DNA of 64,000 nt from a candidate division WWE3 bacterium (lineage in GTDB: Bacteria > Patescibacteriota > WWE3 > UBA101185 > UBA10185). The stretch spans positions 91,971 to 155,970 of the forward strand of contig JAAZNV010000006.1 in the NCBI GenBank assembly GCA_012798115.1, read 5' to 3'. Made by a program: the position numbers and the translations under genes. Below the pieces are notes generated by a model. That model saw nothing but the letters and a program-made list of their open reading frames with translations, was not told the DNA's origin and made no database searches. The stretch's first letter is position 1. Each line of letters begins with the position of its first letter. Of this stretch, positions 19,151 through 30,111 are shown one piece after another.

Positions 19151-19696
19151 ATGAAAGTAAAAGAGTTAATTGTTGAGATTATTGAGTCTCTTGTAGTATC
19201 TTTTATAGTAATAATGCTTATTTACATGCTTGTTGCTTCTGTTGAAGTTGTTGTTGGCCCAAGTATGGAGCCTAACTTTTACTCTGGGGAAAGAATCTTA
19301 GTTGATAGAATAACAAAGAAGCTGTTTCCCTTAAAAAGGGGAGAAATAGTTGTCTTTTTTCCACCAAATGATAATGAAAGTCACTATATTAAAAGAATAG
19401 TAGGTATGCCTGGGGATATATTTAAGATAATAGATTGTGGCGTTGTTATATCTAAAGACGGTGAAAGGTTTAAGTTAGATGAATCTTACTTGGGCGAAGG
19501 TACTTGTACTGAAGGTAATATAAAGATAAGAGAAGGGCATTCTATTAGAATAGAAGATAACCAATATGCTCTTTTAGGAGACAACCGCGAGGAATCTCTT
19601 GATTCAAGGATCTTAGGTTTTGTTGATAAGAAAAGGATCATAGGAAGGGTAGTATTTAGGTTTTGGCCGTTGAATAAGGTAGGTTTTGTGAATTAG
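19151..19696 (+). CDS. lepB: Signal peptidase I (bacterial Ser-Lys type)
   Basis: GPSMEPN, YIKRIVGMPGD, LGDNR..SLDSR, RFWPL. Confidence 0.93.
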   Translation: MKVKELIVEIIESLVVSFIVIMLIYMLVASVEVVVGPSMEPNFYSGERILVDRITKKLFPLKRGEIVVFFPPNDNESHYIKRIVGMPGDIFKIIDCGVVISKDGERFKLDESYLGEGTCTEGNIKIREGHSIRIEDNQYALLGDNREESLDSRILGFVDKKRIIGRVVFRFWPLNKVGFVN

Positions 19697-19699
19697 ATG

Positions 19700-19728
19700 T
19701 TGACAGCCTGTACTTATTATGATAGCCT
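19700..19728 (+). promoter_or_regulatory. rpoB operon promoter (TTGACA-17-TAGCCT, extended TG)
   Basis: Perfect -35 with a 17-nt spacer ending in TGA, then TAGCCT. Confidence 0.6.
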
Positions 19729-19877
19729 TCACGCTGTTCCAAAAAAACGGGCAGCTAAAATAAGAATTTAAATTTACCCTTAAGGGATGGGGGTATCTTT
19801 AGTTACATTAGGGAGAAGACTGTTAAAAATTAAATAAGTGTAGTAAAATTGTAAGCTGGATCTTTTTACATAAATTA

Positions 19878-22800
19878 ATGCGAGAAACTTTTTTAAAAAG
19901 AAAAATAGCGTTACCTCTTCCTAATCTTGTTGGTGTTCAACTTGAATCTTTTGAATGGTTAAAAAAAGAAGGATTAAAAGAAGTTTTAGACGAGCTTGGA
20001 ACTATAGAAGACAGTTCTGGTAGAGGTTGGGTTTTGACTCTCTCAAATCCTAGAGTAGGTAAAGAAAATATAACCATTTCAGAAGCAATAAGAACAGGTA
20101 GAACTTATGATGCTCAGTGGTATGTAGATGCATGTATTGAAGATCCCATTACTAAGAAACAAAGAACACAAGAAATTTATATGGGCGATATTCCCTTAAT
20201 GACAGAAAGAGGAACGTTTATTATAAACGGAGTTGAAAGGATTATAATCAGTCAACTTATTAGATCAGAAGGTGTTTTGTTTGGTGGCGAGTTTTCTCCC
20301 GTTACGGGACAATATCTTGCAGGTGCAAAAGTGTTGCCAAGGAGTGGTGTGTGGCTAGAGTTTGAAACCTCAAGAACTGGTGTTATTACGTTAAGGATAG
20401 ATAGAAAAAGAAAAATAACTGCAACCACCCTTCTTAGGATATTTGGATTGGAAAGTGATGATGAAATAAGGAAAACATTTGAGAATGTTGAAACAAATCC
20501 AGAAATAAACTTTACGGAAGCTACTCTTGCAAAAGATCCAGCATCAAATTTTGATGAAGCTTGCCTTGAGATATATAAAAAGATGAGGCCTGGAGAGCCT
20601 CTTGTGTTAGATAATGCTAAGGCTTTGGTTCATGCTATGTTCTTTAATAAAAGAAGATACAGCATGGGGGCAGTAGGAAGGTTCAAACTTAATCAAACAC
20701 TAGGCTTAAACTTTCCTAATGATCCAAAACATAGATTACTTCAGTTAGAAGATTTAATAAAAATAGTTTCAAAAATAATCTCTTTAAACAATGGTAATGG
20801 AGATCCAAGTGATGTGGACTTCTTAGGGAATAGAAGAGTTAAAAGCATGGGAGAGCTACTTCAATGGCAGATGAGAGTGGGATTCTTGAGAATGGAAAAG
20901 AACATAAAAGAAAGAATGAGTCTTGCCCCAAGAGATAGGTTACCAGATCCATCAACATTAATATCCCCAAGAGCTATAGCAGCTGCAGTTCATGCTTTCT
21001 TTGCAACTGGTCAGCTTTCACAGCTTCACGACCAACAAAATCCTTTAACAGCTCTTGATCATCTGAGAAGGCTTTCAGTTCTTGGACCTGGAGGTTTAAC
21101 TAAGGAAAGAGCAAGCTTTTCAGTTAGAGATGTTCATAATTCTTACTTTGGTAGAATATGTCCTGCTAGAACCCCAGAAGGACCAAACGTTGGGCTTATC
21201 AACTACATGTCTTTGTATGCAAAGGTAAATGAGTATGGATTTTTAGAAACCCCATACATTAAGCTTGAAAAAGACTCAACAGGAAGAATGAAACTTACAG
21301 ATGAAGTTGTTTACTTAGCAGCTTACGATGAAGAAAATGTTCATATTACAGATCAATCTGTTGAAATTGACAGCAACGGATACATTATTGATACTCAAGT
21401 TCCCTTGAGAAAAGGTGGAGAGTTTTTCTTAGGTGACGTTTCTTTAGCAGACTACATTGAGGTTGTTCCAGCTCAAGTTCTTGGTGTAATAGCCGGGCTT
21501 GTTCCTTTCGTTCAAAATGATGAAGTAACAAGAATCACAATGGGAACTCAACAAATGTCCCAGGCTGTTCCTTTAGTTAAACCTCAAAAGCCAATTGTTG
21601 GAACTGGCATTGAAGAAGAAGTTGCAAGAAACACAAATGCTTTAATCATGGCAGAAGATAATGGGGTAGTTGATTATGCTGACGCCGAAAAAGTTGTTGT
21701 TAAGTACAATATATCTGGGAAAGCAAAGAAAGTTGAATACATTGCTAAAAAGTTTGCTCAAACTAATAGTGGCACTTGTTATAACCAAGTAGTAAAAGTG
21801 GTAACAGATCAAAAGGTCAAAAAAGGAGATATTTTGATTGAAGGCCCTTCTGTAGACGATGGAGAGATTGCAATTGGTACAAACGTTAAAGTTGCATATA
21901 TGATCTATAAAGGTCTTGAATTTGAAGATGGAATTATTATTTCGGACAGGCTTGTTAAAGAAGATATACTAACATCAATTCACATATCTGATTATGTAAC
22001 TTCAGTTCAAGAAACAAAACTTGGACCGGAAGAAATAACAAGAGATATACCAAACGTTTCTGAAGACACACTTAGGAATCTAGATGAAAATGGAGTTGTT
22101 GCAATTGGATCAAAAGTTAAATCAGGAGATGTTCTTGTTGGAAAAGTTGCACCAAAAGGAGAAGTTGATTTAACAGCAGAGGAGAGATTACTAAGAGCAA
22201 TATTTGGTGAAAAGGCAAAAGATGTTAGAGATACGTCTCTTAGAATGCCTCATGGTGAGCATGGCGTTGTTATTGGAGTAAAGACCGTAACAAAAAAAGA
22301 CAATGAATCTTTACCAGCAGGGACCATTGAAGAGATTACTGTTTATGTAGCACAGCAAAAGAAGATTGAAATTGGAGATAAGCTTGCTGGGAGGCATGGA
22401 AACAAAGGTGTAATTTCTGCAGTTGTTCCTGCTGTTGATATGCCTACACTTCCTGATGGAACTTCAGTTGATATTGTTTTTTCGTCAGAAGCAGTTTTAA
22501 AAAGAATGAATGTTGGGCAAATATTAGAAGCTTCTCTAGGAGCTGTTGGTAGGAAGCTTGGAAAATTTTATGAGATCCCAGCTCTCCAAAGGATTCCAGA
22601 AGAAAAATTAATTGAGGAATTTAAAAAAGCAGGTTTTCCAGTTTCAGGGAAAATGAAATTAATCGATGGTAGAACAGGAGAATATTATCATAACGAAATT
22701 GTTGTTGGTGATTCTTATATCTTAAAGCTAGTTCATATGTCAGAAGAAAAAATGCATGCAAGATCTACTGGATCTTATTCTCTTATTACACAGCAACCCC

Positions 22801-23213
22801 TTGGAGGTAAAGCTCAGTTTGGGGGTCAAAGGTTTGGAGAAATGGAAGTTTGGGCACTTGAAGCTTATGGTGCAGCTCATTTACTTCAAGAAATGTTAAC
22901 AATAAAGTCAGATGATATGTTAGGTAGGGTTCAAGCATTTAGTGCTTTGATACAAGGAAATGAAATACCAGGAGCAACGGTTCCGGAGACATTTAAACTT
23001 CTTGTTAGAAAACTAAACGGTCTTGGTCTTGGTCTTGAAGCTTACTCAACGGAAGAACCTTCTGAAGAAAAAGAAAATTCAAAAGATAGAGATGAAGGAA
23101 ATGTGGAAAACATTATTGAAGATGTTGCTCAAGAAGAAGTTGTGAATGCAAAAGAGTTAGAAGAAGCTGGAGTCGAGGAAATTAAGGATGATGTAGGAAG
23201 TTCTGAGGAATAA
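19878..23213 (+). CDS. rpoB: RNA polymerase beta subunit
   Basis: GTFIINGVER, LGPGGL, TPEGPNVGL, GDKLAGRHGNKG, GGQRFGEMEVWALEAYGA. Confidence 0.99.
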   Translation: MRETFLKRKIALPLPNLVGVQLESFEWLKKEGLKEVLDELGTIEDSSGRGWVLTLSNPRVGKENITISEAIRTGRTYDAQWYVDACIEDPITKKQRTQEIYMGDIPLMTERGTFIINGVERIIISQLIRSEGVLFGGEFSPVTGQYLAGAKVLPRSGVWLEFETSRTGVITLRIDRKRKITATTLLRIFGLESDDEIRKTFENVETNPEINFTEATLAKDPASNFDEACLEIYKKMRPGEPLVLDNAKALVHAMFFNKRRYSMGAVGRFKLNQTLGLNFPNDPKHRLLQLEDLIKIVSKIISLNNGNGDPSDVDFLGNRRVKSMGELLQWQMRVGFLRMEKNIKERMSLAPRDRLPDPSTLISPRAIAAAVHAFFATGQLSQLHDQQNPLTALDHLRRLSVLGPGGLTKERASFSVRDVHNSYFGRICPARTPEGPNVGLINYMSLYAKVNEYGFLETPYIKLEKDSTGRMKLTDEVVYLAAYDEENVHITDQSVEIDSNGYIIDTQVPLRKGGEFFLGDVSLADYIEVVPAQVLGVIAGLVPFVQNDEVTRITMGTQQMSQAVPLVKPQKPIVGTGIEEEVARNTNALIMAEDNGVVDYADAEKVVVKYNISGKAKKVEYIAKKFAQTNSGTCYNQVVKVVTDQKVKKGDILIEGPSVDDGEIAIGTNVKVAYMIYKGLEFEDGIIISDRLVKEDILTSIHISDYVTSVQETKLGPEEITRDIPNVSEDTLRNLDENGVVAIGSKVKSGDVLVGKVAPKGEVDLTAEERLLRAIFGEKAKDVRDTSLRMPHGEHGVVIGVKTVTKKDNESLPAGTIEEITVYVAQQKKIEIGDKLAGRHGNKGVISAVVPAVDMPTLPDGTSVDIVFSSEAVLKRMNVGQILEASLGAVGRKLGKFYEIPALQRIPEEKLIEEFKKAGFPVSGKMKLIDGRTGEYYHNEIVVGDSYILKLVHMSEEKMHARSTGSYSLITQQPLGGKAQFGGQRFGEMEVWALEAYGAAHLLQEMLTIKSDDMLGRVQAFSALIQGNEIPGATVPETFKLLVRKLNGLGLGLEAYSTEEPSEEKENSKDRDEGNVENIIEDVAQEEVVNAKELEEAGVEEIKDDVGSSEE

Positions 23214-23215
23214 CT

Positions 23216-26200
23216 ATGAGAGATATAACTAAACTAAAAGATTTTGATGCACTAAGAATATATCTTGCTTCAAGCAATGAGATATTAGAATGGTCATATG
23301 GTGAAGTAACAAAACCAGAAACAATAAACTACAGAACATTCAAAGCAGAAAGAGATGGCTTGTTTGATGAAAGAATATTTGGACCTTCTAAGAATTATGA
23401 ATGTTACTGTGGAAAGTACAAAGGAATAAGGTATAAAGGTGTTGTCTGTGATAAATGTGGTGTTGAAGTAACTCATAACAGGGTAAGAAGAGAAAGAATG
23501 GGGCACATTAAACTTGCATCTCCTGTTGCTCATGTGTGGTTCTTTAAGGGTATTCCATCAAAGATGGCACTTCTTCTTGATTTAACGCCAAGAAATGTAG
23601 AGTCTGTTGTTTATTTTGCATCGTTTATTGTTACGGAAATTGATGAAAAGAATAAAGCAAAAGCAATATCTCAAGTTGGGAAAGATCTTGAGGTTACAAA
23701 AGCTTCTCTTCAAAAGGAGTTAGAGGAGCAAATGAAAGAAACAGAAAAAGAACTTGCAAATCTCTCGAAGATAAAAGACGAAATGAAGGCAAAAGAAGAA
23801 GAGTTAAAGATTAGACAAAAAATACAAAAGATAAAAGCAGCTTATGATAAAAAAGTTGAAGAACAAGAAAAGAAGTTTAAACTTATTCAAAAGAAAATTG
23901 AAAGTGTAGGTCTTCATTCCGTAATTTCAGAAAATGAGTATATTTCTCTTATTTCTTACTTGGATAAATATTGCAAGTTGGAAATTGGAGCAGATGCTTT
24001 GAAAGGAATCTTAAGCAGGATTGATCTAAACACTTTAGCGGAACAATTAAAAGAACAACTTGAGAATGCTAAAGGACAAAAAGCTCAGAAGATTGCAAAA
24101 AGGTTTGGAGTAGTTGATCAGTTTAGAAGAGCAGGGATCACCCCTGATAGGATGATAATGGATGTTATTCCTGTGATTCCACCGGATTTAAGACCAATGG
24201 TTCAACTTGATGGTGGAAGATTTGCCACATCAGATCTTAATGATCTATATAGAAGACTTATCAATAGAAATAATAGGTTAAGAAGACTTCTTGATCTTGG
24301 TGCTCCTGAGATTATCGTTAGAAATGAAAAAAGAATGCTCCAAGAATCAGTAGATGCTTTGTTTGATTCTTCAAAGAGAAGGAAAAAGGCAAGGACTACT
24401 ACAAGAGGAAAAGAATTAAGATCGCTTGCAGATATGATAAAAGGAAAGCAAGGAATATTTAGACTTAATCTTCTTGGAAAAAGAGTAGACTACTCAGGAA
24501 GAGGAGTTATCATAAATGGACCTGACCTTAAATTAAATGAGTGTGGCATTCCAAAAGAAATGGCTCTTGAGTTGTTTAAGCCAATGGTTTTAAGAGAAAT
24601 ATTAAAGAGAGGGTATGCTCCGAATGTTAAGAGTGCAAAATTTTTCCTTGATACAAGAGTTCCTGAAGTTTGGGATATTTTAGAAGAAGTTGTTGCAGGT
24701 TACCCAGTGTTATTAAACAGGGCGCCTACGCTTTGGAGACTTGGTATTCAAGCATTTTATCCAAAGCTAGTTGAAGGAAATGCAATTAGATTGCCTCTTG
24801 TTGTTTGTACTGGATTTAATGCTGACTTTGATGGAGATCAGATGGCAGTCCATGTACCTTTATCTCCAGAAGCAATAGGAGAAGCTAAGGAAGTGATGAT
24901 CTCTTCAAATAATCTTTTAAATCCTTCTAATGGATCTCCCATTTCTATCCCAACAAAAATTATGTTATTTGGTGTGTACTATATAACATCAATTGACGAG
25001 AAATTACCGATATTAAATAAAGTTTATGCAGATGAAACAGAAATGATGTATGCAATGGATGCAAACAATGAAATTGATTTAAGGCAATTAGCAAAAGTTA
25101 GGCTAAATGGGGAGATAGTAGAAACAACTCCTGGGAGAGTTATTTTTAATAAAGTCGTACCAGAAAAGTATGGATATATTAATGATGCAATGGATAAAAA
25201 AAGAATAAATGCTTTGTTGACTAAAGTGTTAAGAGAAGATCCTAATGATGTAGCTGTTAAGTTAATTGATGATATTAAAGAAATTGGGCTTAAATATGGA
25301 ACTATTTGTGGTCAATCAGTATCACTTGCTGATATTGATATTCCTTTAAATAGGGATGCCATCATTAATGAAGGTAAAAAGCAAGTCGCTGAAATAGACG
25401 GTTATTTTAGAAGAGGGTTGATTACTAAATCAGAAAGAAGAAAACAAAATGAAGACGTTTGGAATAAAGTAATAGCAGAGCTTGATACTGCTGTTTGGGA
25501 AAATCTTCAAGAATATAATCCTGTTAAGATTTTGGTTAAGTCAGGATCAACAAAAGCTTCTAGAGATCAAGTTAAGCAACTTGCAGGTATGAAAGGTCTT
25601 GTTTCAGATCCTACTGGTAAGGTTGTTGAAATTCCAATATTTGGAAACTTTAAACTAGGACTTTCAGCTCTTGAATACTTTGTTGCTTCAAGAGGTGCAA
25701 GAAAAGGACTTGTTGATAAAGGCTTAAAGACTGCAGATGCTGGTTATTTAACCAGAAGGCTTGTTGATGTTTGTCAAGATGTGATAGTTAGGGAAGAAGA
25801 TTGTGGAACTACCGAAGGTAGAGAGATGGTAGTTGGAAGAGGCACTCTTCTTCAAACCTTTGCAGATAGGGTGATTGGAAGAGTGTTGGCAAAAGATGTA
25901 AAGGGTGGAAACAAAGTGATAGTTAAAGCAGGAACCTTTTTAACTGAGTTAGATGTTGAAGAAATCGAAAAATCTGGAGTAGAAAAAATCATTATTAGGT
26001 CTCCAATGCATTGTGAATCTAGAAGAGGAATTTGTGCTAGATGTTATGGTTCAGATCTTATGACTGGAAAACTTGTGAAGGTTGGAACAGCAGTTGGAGT
26101 TGCAGCAGCTCAATCAATTGGAGAACCAGGCACTCAGCTTACTATGAAGACTTTCCACTCTGGAGGAATTGTTGGAAAAGATATTACTCAAGGTTTACCA

Positions 26201-26884
26201 AGAGTAGAGGAACTTGTTGAAGCAAGAGCACCAAAGTTCTTATCAGTAATGAGTGAAATATCAGGTTCTGTAAGGGTTGAAAAGAATGGTGATGAAAGAA
26301 AAATAGTTGTAATTCCTTCTGATCCGGGAGAGGAAGTAGTTGAGTATTCAATTGATCCTGTTGAAGAAGTGTTAGTAAAAGACGGTGAGCTAGTTGCAAA
26401 AGGTCAAAAACTAACAAGTGGCAATTTAAACTTAAGTGATTTATATAGAACCGTTGGTGTTGATGAAACAAAGAGATATATTATTGAGGAAGTACAAGGA
26501 GTTTATGCATCACAAGGTGTTGCCATTAATGATAAACACTTAGAAACTGTTGTAAAACAAATGTTTAACCATGTAAGGATTGAAGAACCAGGAGATACAG
26601 AATTTATGTCTGGGGAACTTGTAACAAGAGCAAGGTTTGATGAAGAAACAGAACGAATTGTTGCAAGCGGTGGCACACCAGCAACTGGTAAACTTATTAT
26701 GCTTGGTATTACAAAAGCTGCTCTTCATACGGACAGCTGGATGTCAGCAGCATCGTTTATTCACACAAGCAATGTATTGACCGATGCAGCTTGTTCTGGT
26801 AAGGTTGATTACCTTGTAGGCTTAAAAGAAAATGTTATTATTGGAAAATTGATTCCAACTGGAGAAAGAGCCAGAATAGATTAA
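23216..26884 (+). CDS. rpoC: RNA polymerase beta' subunit
   Basis: Zn finger [19 protein letters not shown] catalytic motif, [23 protein letters not shown]. Confidence 0.99.
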   Translation: MRDITKLKDFDALRIYLASSNEILEWSYGEVTKPETINYRTFKAERDGLFDERIFGPSKNYECYCGKYKGIRYKGVVCDKCGVEVTHNRVRRERMGHIKLASPVAHVWFFKGIPSKMALLLDLTPRNVESVVYFASFIVTEIDEKNKAKAISQVGKDLEVTKASLQKELEEQMKETEKELANLSKIKDEMKAKEEELKIRQKIQKIKAAYDKKVEEQEKKFKLIQKKIESVGLHSVISENEYISLISYLDKYCKLEIGADALKGILSRIDLNTLAEQLKEQLENAKGQKAQKIAKRFGVVDQFRRAGITPDRMIMDVIPVIPPDLRPMVQLDGGRFATSDLNDLYRRLINRNNRLRRLLDLGAPEIIVRNEKRMLQESVDALFDSSKRRKKARTTTRGKELRSLADMIKGKQGIFRLNLLGKRVDYSGRGVIINGPDLKLNECGIPKEMALELFKPMVLREILKRGYAPNVKSAKFFLDTRVPEVWDILEEVVAGYPVLLNRAPTLWRLGIQAFYPKLVEGNAIRLPLVVCTGFNADFDGDQMAVHVPLSPEAIGEAKEVMISSNNLLNPSNGSPISIPTKIMLFGVYYITSIDEKLPILNKVYADETEMMYAMDANNEIDLRQLAKVRLNGEIVETTPGRVIFNKVVPEKYGYINDAMDKKRINALLTKVLREDPNDVAVKLIDDIKEIGLKYGTICGQSVSLADIDIPLNRDAIINEGKKQVAEIDGYFRRGLITKSERRKQNEDVWNKVIAELDTAVWENLQEYNPVKILVKSGSTKASRDQVKQLAGMKGLVSDPTGKVVEIPIFGNFKLGLSALEYFVASRGARKGLVDKGLKTADAGYLTRRLVDVCQDVIVREEDCGTTEGREMVVGRGTLLQTFADRVIGRVLAKDVKGGNKVIVKAGTFLTELDVEEIEKSGVEKIIIRSPMHCESRRGICARCYGSDLMTGKLVKVGTAVGVAAAQSIGEPGTQLTMKTFHSGGIVGKDITQGLPRVEELVEARAPKFLSVMSEISGSVRVEKNGDERKIVVIPSDPGEEVVEYSIDPVEEVLVKDGELVAKGQKLTSGNLNLSDLYRTVGVDETKRYIIEEVQGVYASQGVAINDKHLETVVKQMFNHVRIEEPGDTEFMSGELVTRARFDEETERIVASGGTPATGKLIMLGITKAALHTDSWMSAASFIHTSNVLTDAACSGKVDYLVGLKENVIIGKLIPTGERARID

Positions 26885-26885
26885 T

Positions 26886-27302
26886 ATGCCAACGATTAAT
26901 CAGCTTTTGAGAAAAGCTAGAAAAACAAAAGTTAAGAAAGCTAAAACCCCTGCTTTAAAAGAAGTTTTTAATTCTAAAAGAAGAAGGGTGAAGAAACATA
27001 ATAGTCCTTTAAAAAGAGGTGTTGTGCTTTTGGTTAGAACTCAAACTCCTAAGAAGCCAAACTCAGCTTTAAGAAAAGTTGCAAGAGTAAGATTATCGAA
27101 TAGGAGGGAAGTAACAGCTTATATCCCTGGTGAAGGTCATAATCTTCAAGAACACTCTGTTGTTATAGTAAAAGGTGGAAAAGTTCAAGATCTTCCTGGT
27201 ATAAAGTATGAAATAGTTAGAGGAACAGCAGATCTTGCAGGAGTAGAAGGAAGAAAAACATCTAGATCAATTTATGGCGCAAGGAAGTCTAAAGGAAAAT
27301 AG
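26886..27302 (+). CDS. rpsL: 30S ribosomal protein S12
   Basis: [34 protein letters not shown]. Confidence 0.98.
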   Translation: MPTINQLLRKARKTKVKKAKTPALKEVFNSKRRRVKKHNSPLKRGVVLLVRTQTPKKPNSALRKVARVRLSNRREVTAYIPGEGHNLQEHSVVIVKGGKVQDLPGIKYEIVRGTADLAGVEGRKTSRSIYGARKSKGK

Positions 27303-27304
27303 TT

Positions 27305-27772
27305 ATGAGAGGTAAAAGAGCAAGAAAAAGAACATTAAATCCAGATCCACTTTTTAAATCAAAAGTTGTAGCTAGAATGATTAGTGTAGCTATGACTCAA
27401 GGTAAGAAAAGTATTGCAAGGGAAATAGTGTACAGTGCTATTAAGAATTTAAATGAAGATGAAAGAGAAGCATTAAGGATATTTGAACAAGCAGTAAAAA
27501 ACGTTATGCCGCAGCAAGAAGTTAGATCAAGAAGAGTTGGTGGTGCTACGTATCAAGTTCCAATTCCACTTAAGCATGATAGATCAGAAGCACTGGCTGT
27601 AAGGTGGATAATAGGTGCAGCAAGATCAAAAAGAGGTAGGCCAATGGTAGAGAAACTACATGACATATTAATGGATTCATACCAAAACGTTGGGGATGCT
27701 ATTAAAAAGAGAGACGATGTTCACAAGATGGCTGAAGCTAACAGGGCCTTTGCACACTTTGCTAGGTTTTAA
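27305..27772 (+). CDS. rpsG: 30S ribosomal protein S7
   Basis: EVRSRRVGGATYQVP, HKMAEANRAFAH. Confidence 0.98.
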   Translation: MRGKRARKRTLNPDPLFKSKVVARMISVAMTQGKKSIAREIVYSAIKNLNEDEREALRIFEQAVKNVMPQQEVRSRRVGGATYQVPIPLKHDRSEALAVRWIIGAARSKRGRPMVEKLHDILMDSYQNVGDAIKKRDDVHKMAEANRAFAHFARF

Positions 27773-27805
27773 TCCACCACTTCTAGATATTGGAAAGGTA
27801 TAAGT

Positions 27806-29893
27806 ATGGCCGAGATTATTAATAAAAAATACCCTTTAGAAAAGATTAGAAACATTGGTATTATTGCTCATATTGATGCAGGGAAAACTACAACTACTGA
27901 AAGAATCCTTTTTTATACAGGAAAATCTCATAAAATTGGGGACATTGACGAAGGAAATACTCAAATGGATTGGATGGCTCAAGAAAGAGAAAGAGGAATT
28001 ACTATCACATCTGCTGCAACCACATGTTTTTGGAAAGATCATAGGATAAATATTATTGATACTCCTGGCCACGTTGATTTCACAGCAGAAGTTGAAAGAT
28101 CTCTAAGAGTTCTTGATGGTGGTGTCATTATTCTTGATGGTTCACAAGGAGTTGAACCTCAATCGGAAACTGTTTATAGACAAGCTCAGAAATATAATGT
28201 TCCATTGTTATTCTTCATAAATAAACTTGATAAAGTTGGTGGTGATTTTTATATGTCGGTTGGGTCGATTGCTGAGAAACTCACTAATAAAGGAGTAGTG
28301 GTCCAGCTTCCTATTGGTCTTGAAAATACATTTGAAGCAGTAATTGATCTTATTGAAATGAAAGCATACAAATTTGAAGGTACTGGTGGAGAGAAAGTTA
28401 TTGAGTTTGAAATACCAGTAGATATGTTAGAAGATGCAAAAAAATATAGATCCATAATGATTGAAAAAGTAGCAGAAGCTGATGATAAGTTAATTGAAAA
28501 GTACCTGGCAGGAGAAGAATTAACTAATGATGAGATTAGGAAAGGTCTAAGGGAATTGACAATTAAAGCAGAAGTGTATCCAATATTTTGTGGTGCCTCA
28601 CTTTCAAATAAAGGTGTGCAAAAAGTTCTTGATGGCGTCGTTGACTATCTACCATCTCCAAAGGATAAGCCAGACATTGTTGGAATAAGGGAAGGAACTG
28701 ACGAACAAATGCTTCTTAAGGCTGATGAAAATGGTCCTTTTGTTGCACTTGCATTTAAGATCCAAACAGATCCATATGTAGGGAAACTTACATACATTAG
28801 AGTTTACTCTGGAAAAATATCATCTGGTTCTTATGTTCATAACTCTACTGCAGATAGGAAAGAAAGACTAGGAAGAATTCTTTTAATGCATGCAAACCAT
28901 AGAGAAGAAATAAAAGAAATTTCTGCTGGAGAGATTGGGGCAGGTGTTGGTCTTGAGGCAATAACAGGAGACACTCTTTGTGCTGAAGATAATAAAATTG
29001 TTCTTGATAAGATTAGCTTTGCAGAACCAGTAATTGGCATTGTAGTAGAGCCAAAAACTAAAGCTGACAGAAATAAGATGGGCCAAGTAATAAAGAAATT
29101 TTTAGAAGAAGATCCAACTCTTGCAATTAAAACTAATATTGAAACTGGGCAAACTCTTTTGTATGGAATGGGCGAGCTTCATCTTGAGATTATTGTAGAT
29201 AGGATGAGGAGGGAGTTTAATCTTGAAGTAAATACTGGTACTCCTCAAGTTGCATATAGGGAAACAATAAGAAAAGTAGTTGAGTCAGAAGGAAAGTACA
29301 TTAGGCAGACAGGTGGTAGAGGGCAGTATGGTCATGTTGTTATCAAAGTTGAGCCTCTTGAAAGAGGAGAAGGTGTTAAGTTTGTTGATAAGATTGTTGG
29401 AGGAGCTATCCCAAGGGAATATATTCCTGCTGTTGAGAAAGGAATTAAAGAAGCTGCAGAAAGTGGCATTATTGCAGGTTATCCTTTTGTTGATTTTCAA
29501 GTTACTCTTTTTGATGGATCGTTTCATGAAGTTGACTCATCAGAAATGGCATTTAAAATGGCAGCCATTGAAGCTTTGAGACAAGCTCAAAGAGCAGGAG
29601 ATACCTTCCTTCTTGAGCCTATCATGAAAGTGGAAGTTATAGTTGCAGAAGAGTTTATGGGTGACGTTATTGGAAATATATCTTCAAAGAGAGGAAAGAT
29701 TGATTCCACTGAACAAAGGGGCAATGCTAGAATTATTACTGCTAAGGTTCCTCTTGCAGAAATGTTTGGGTATGCCACTGAGTTAAGAGGAATGACTCAA
29801 GGAAGAGGTTCTTTTACTATGGAGCCAAGCCATTACGAGGAAGTACCATCCAACATTGCAGAAGGCTTAATTAAAGATAACATTAGACATTAA
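27806..29893 (+). CDS. fusA: Elongation factor G
   Basis: [47 protein letters not shown]. Confidence 0.98.
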   Translation: MAEIINKKYPLEKIRNIGIIAHIDAGKTTTTERILFYTGKSHKIGDIDEGNTQMDWMAQERERGITITSAATTCFWKDHRINIIDTPGHVDFTAEVERSLRVLDGGVIILDGSQGVEPQSETVYRQAQKYNVPLLFFINKLDKVGGDFYMSVGSIAEKLTNKGVVVQLPIGLENTFEAVIDLIEMKAYKFEGTGGEKVIEFEIPVDMLEDAKKYRSIMIEKVAEADDKLIEKYLAGEELTNDEIRKGLRELTIKAEVYPIFCGASLSNKGVQKVLDGVVDYLPSPKDKPDIVGIREGTDEQMLLKADENGPFVALAFKIQTDPYVGKLTYIRVYSGKISSGSYVHNSTADRKERLGRILLMHANHREEIKEISAGEIGAGVGLEAITGDTLCAEDNKIVLDKISFAEPVIGIVVEPKTKADRNKMGQVIKKFLEEDPTLAIKTNIETGQTLLYGMGELHLEIIVDRMRREFNLEVNTGTPQVAYRETIRKVVESEGKYIRQTGGRGQYGHVVIKVEPLERGEGVKFVDKIVGGAIPREYIPAVEKGIKEAAESGIIAGYPFVDFQVTLFDGSFHEVDSSEMAFKMAAIEALRQAQRAGDTFLLEPIMKVEVIVAEEFMGDVIGNISSKRGKIDSTEQRGNARIITAKVPLAEMFGYATELRGMTQGRGSFTMEPSHYEEVPSNIAEGLIKDNIRH

Positions 29894-29966
29894 TTTCTAG
29901 CGTTTAAATTATTAGTGTTGTGAGAAAAAGCCTTGATTTTTGGGTTCTTATTTGGTTAACTAAGTC

Positions 29967-29996
29967 TTGCTTTAGCAAATGTTTTTAGGTTAAAAT
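29967..29996 (+). promoter_or_regulatory. Putative internal tuf promoter (TTGCTT-18-TAAAAT)
   Basis: Hexamers in the 218-nt fusA-tuf spacer, immediately before a long hairpin. Confidence 0.5.
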
Positions 29997-30111
29997 AACG
30001 CCATTCTGGTCGGAAGCGAGTATTCTTTTGATAAAAGAATATTCACACACGTTCAGGATGGTTGACTATAAACCTAAATTTGTAATTTATTTGATCGAAA
30101 GGAAGGTTAAA

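Noticed and set aside
20990-21090. Definite rifampicin resistance from the divergent RpoB cluster I
   Set aside because: The key contact residues (Q513, D516, H526, S531 equivalents) are conserved, so resistance cannot be claimed.
23019-23038. Tandem repeat GGTCTT x3 in rpoB
   Set aside because: It simply encodes GLGLGL in frame and is too short to matter.
30005-30020. CTGGTCGGAAGCGAG superficially resembles the SRP RNA core
   Set aside because: It lacks the GNRA-capped helix with the symmetric CAGG/AGCA loop; here GGAAG lies in an internal loop.
30028-30111. N-terminal extensions in the ORF track for tuf (also rpsD, rpsJ, rplW, rplF, rplR and several GTs)
   Set aside because: They are longest-ORF artefacts. 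Downstream ATGs match the conserved N-termini, SDs or stop-start coupling.
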